Shown here one piece after another: positions 63,532-64,000 of a stretch of 64,000 bases of DNA. Source of the DNA: Candidatus Deferrimicrobiaceae bacterium (GTDB lineage Bacteria; Desulfobacterota; Deferrimicrobia; Deferrimicrobiales; Deferrimicrobiaceae); contig CAWBVY010000006.1 of the NCBI GenBank assembly GCA_963792415.1, forward strand, positions 640,001 to 704,000, in the 5' to 3' direction. Under the pieces are notes generated by a model, which made no database searches, was not told the DNA's origin, and saw nothing but the letters and a program-made list of their open reading frames with translations. The position numbers were made by a program, and so were the translations under genes. How positions within the stretch are numbered: position 1 is the stretch's first letter; every line of letters starts with the position of its first letter.

Positions 63532-64000
63532 TCATTCCCAGGTCGAGATCGAGGCGAGCGCTTCCTGAAGATGCTCGACGCGGGAACCGCCGGCCTGGGC
63601 CATGTCCTTCCGGCCGCCGCCGCCGCCGCCCACCAGCGCCGCCGCCTTCCGGACGATGTCGGACGCCGAGAACCTCCCGGTGAGGTCGGAGGTGACCCCG
63701 GCCACCAGGTGACACCGTTCCCCCTCCCGGGTCCCCAGGAGCAGGATACCGCTCGAGAGCTTCCCCTTCACCGCGTCGGCCAGATCCCGCAGCGCGGCGG
63801 GGTCCATCGCCTCCACCTCGGCGGAAACACGCCGGACCCCGGCAACCTCCTTCGCACCGGAGAGGATCTCCCCCACCAGGTCCCGCGACGACCGCCGGCG
63901 GGCCTCCTGGAGCGCTTTCTCCAACGCCTTGATCTGGGCGGAAAGCTTTCGCACCCGCTCCGGTACCTCCGGGGCCGCCACTTTCAACTCCCGGGCCATG
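63532..64000 (-). CDS. alaS: Alanine--tRNA ligase C-terminus (DHHA1 domain), 5' part outside the window
   Basis: LRDLAD...GGGGGGRKDMAQAGG after a coiled coil. Confidence 0.9.
   Translation of the reverse strand, partial: MARELKVAAPEVPERVRKLSAQIKALEKALQEARRRSSRDLVGEILSGAKEVAGVRRVSAEVEAMDPAALRDLADAVKGKLSSGILLLGTREGERCHLVAGVTSDLTGRFSASDIVRKAAALVGGGGGGRKDMAQAGGSRVEHLQEALASISTWE

Overview
GC-rich bacterial chromosomal window. Gene content and order are typical of Deltaproteobacteria/Desulfobacterota-like organisms; the closest impression is the Deferrimicrobium/MBNT15 group, which is inferred and unverified. It is mostly core genes: rodA-mrdA-mreDCB, ppiD, hppA, dusB-ntrB/C-like-thiD, dnaB-rplI-rpsR-ssb-rpsF-pth-rplY-prs-tRNA-Gln-spoVG-ispE, PBP1A, tat genes, archaeal-type aroA'/aroB', hisG, pepA, a liv ABC transporter and the 3' end of alaS. 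I saw no CRISPR array, transposase, integrase or rRNA. Stand-out items: (1) an 8-gene proteostasis cluster (dnaK-hsp20-dnaJ-htpX-divergent Clp ATPase-DUF1844-degP-clpB) behind a full sigma54 promoter/IHF/enhancer architecture, next to a sigma54 activator and a histidine kinase with no sensor domain; (2) a PilT retraction ATPase carrying an MshEN-like N-terminal domain; (3) an in-frame BamD-beta-barrel fusion; (4) a dispersed ~62-bp repeat family that brackets two convergent genes in inverted orientation; (5) a PlsA/PlsR-like operon, a candidate for ether-lipid/plasmalogen synthesis. Two genes are frameshifted at homopolymer runs, which may be sequencing errors. All calls come from reading motifs by eye; no database searches were run.
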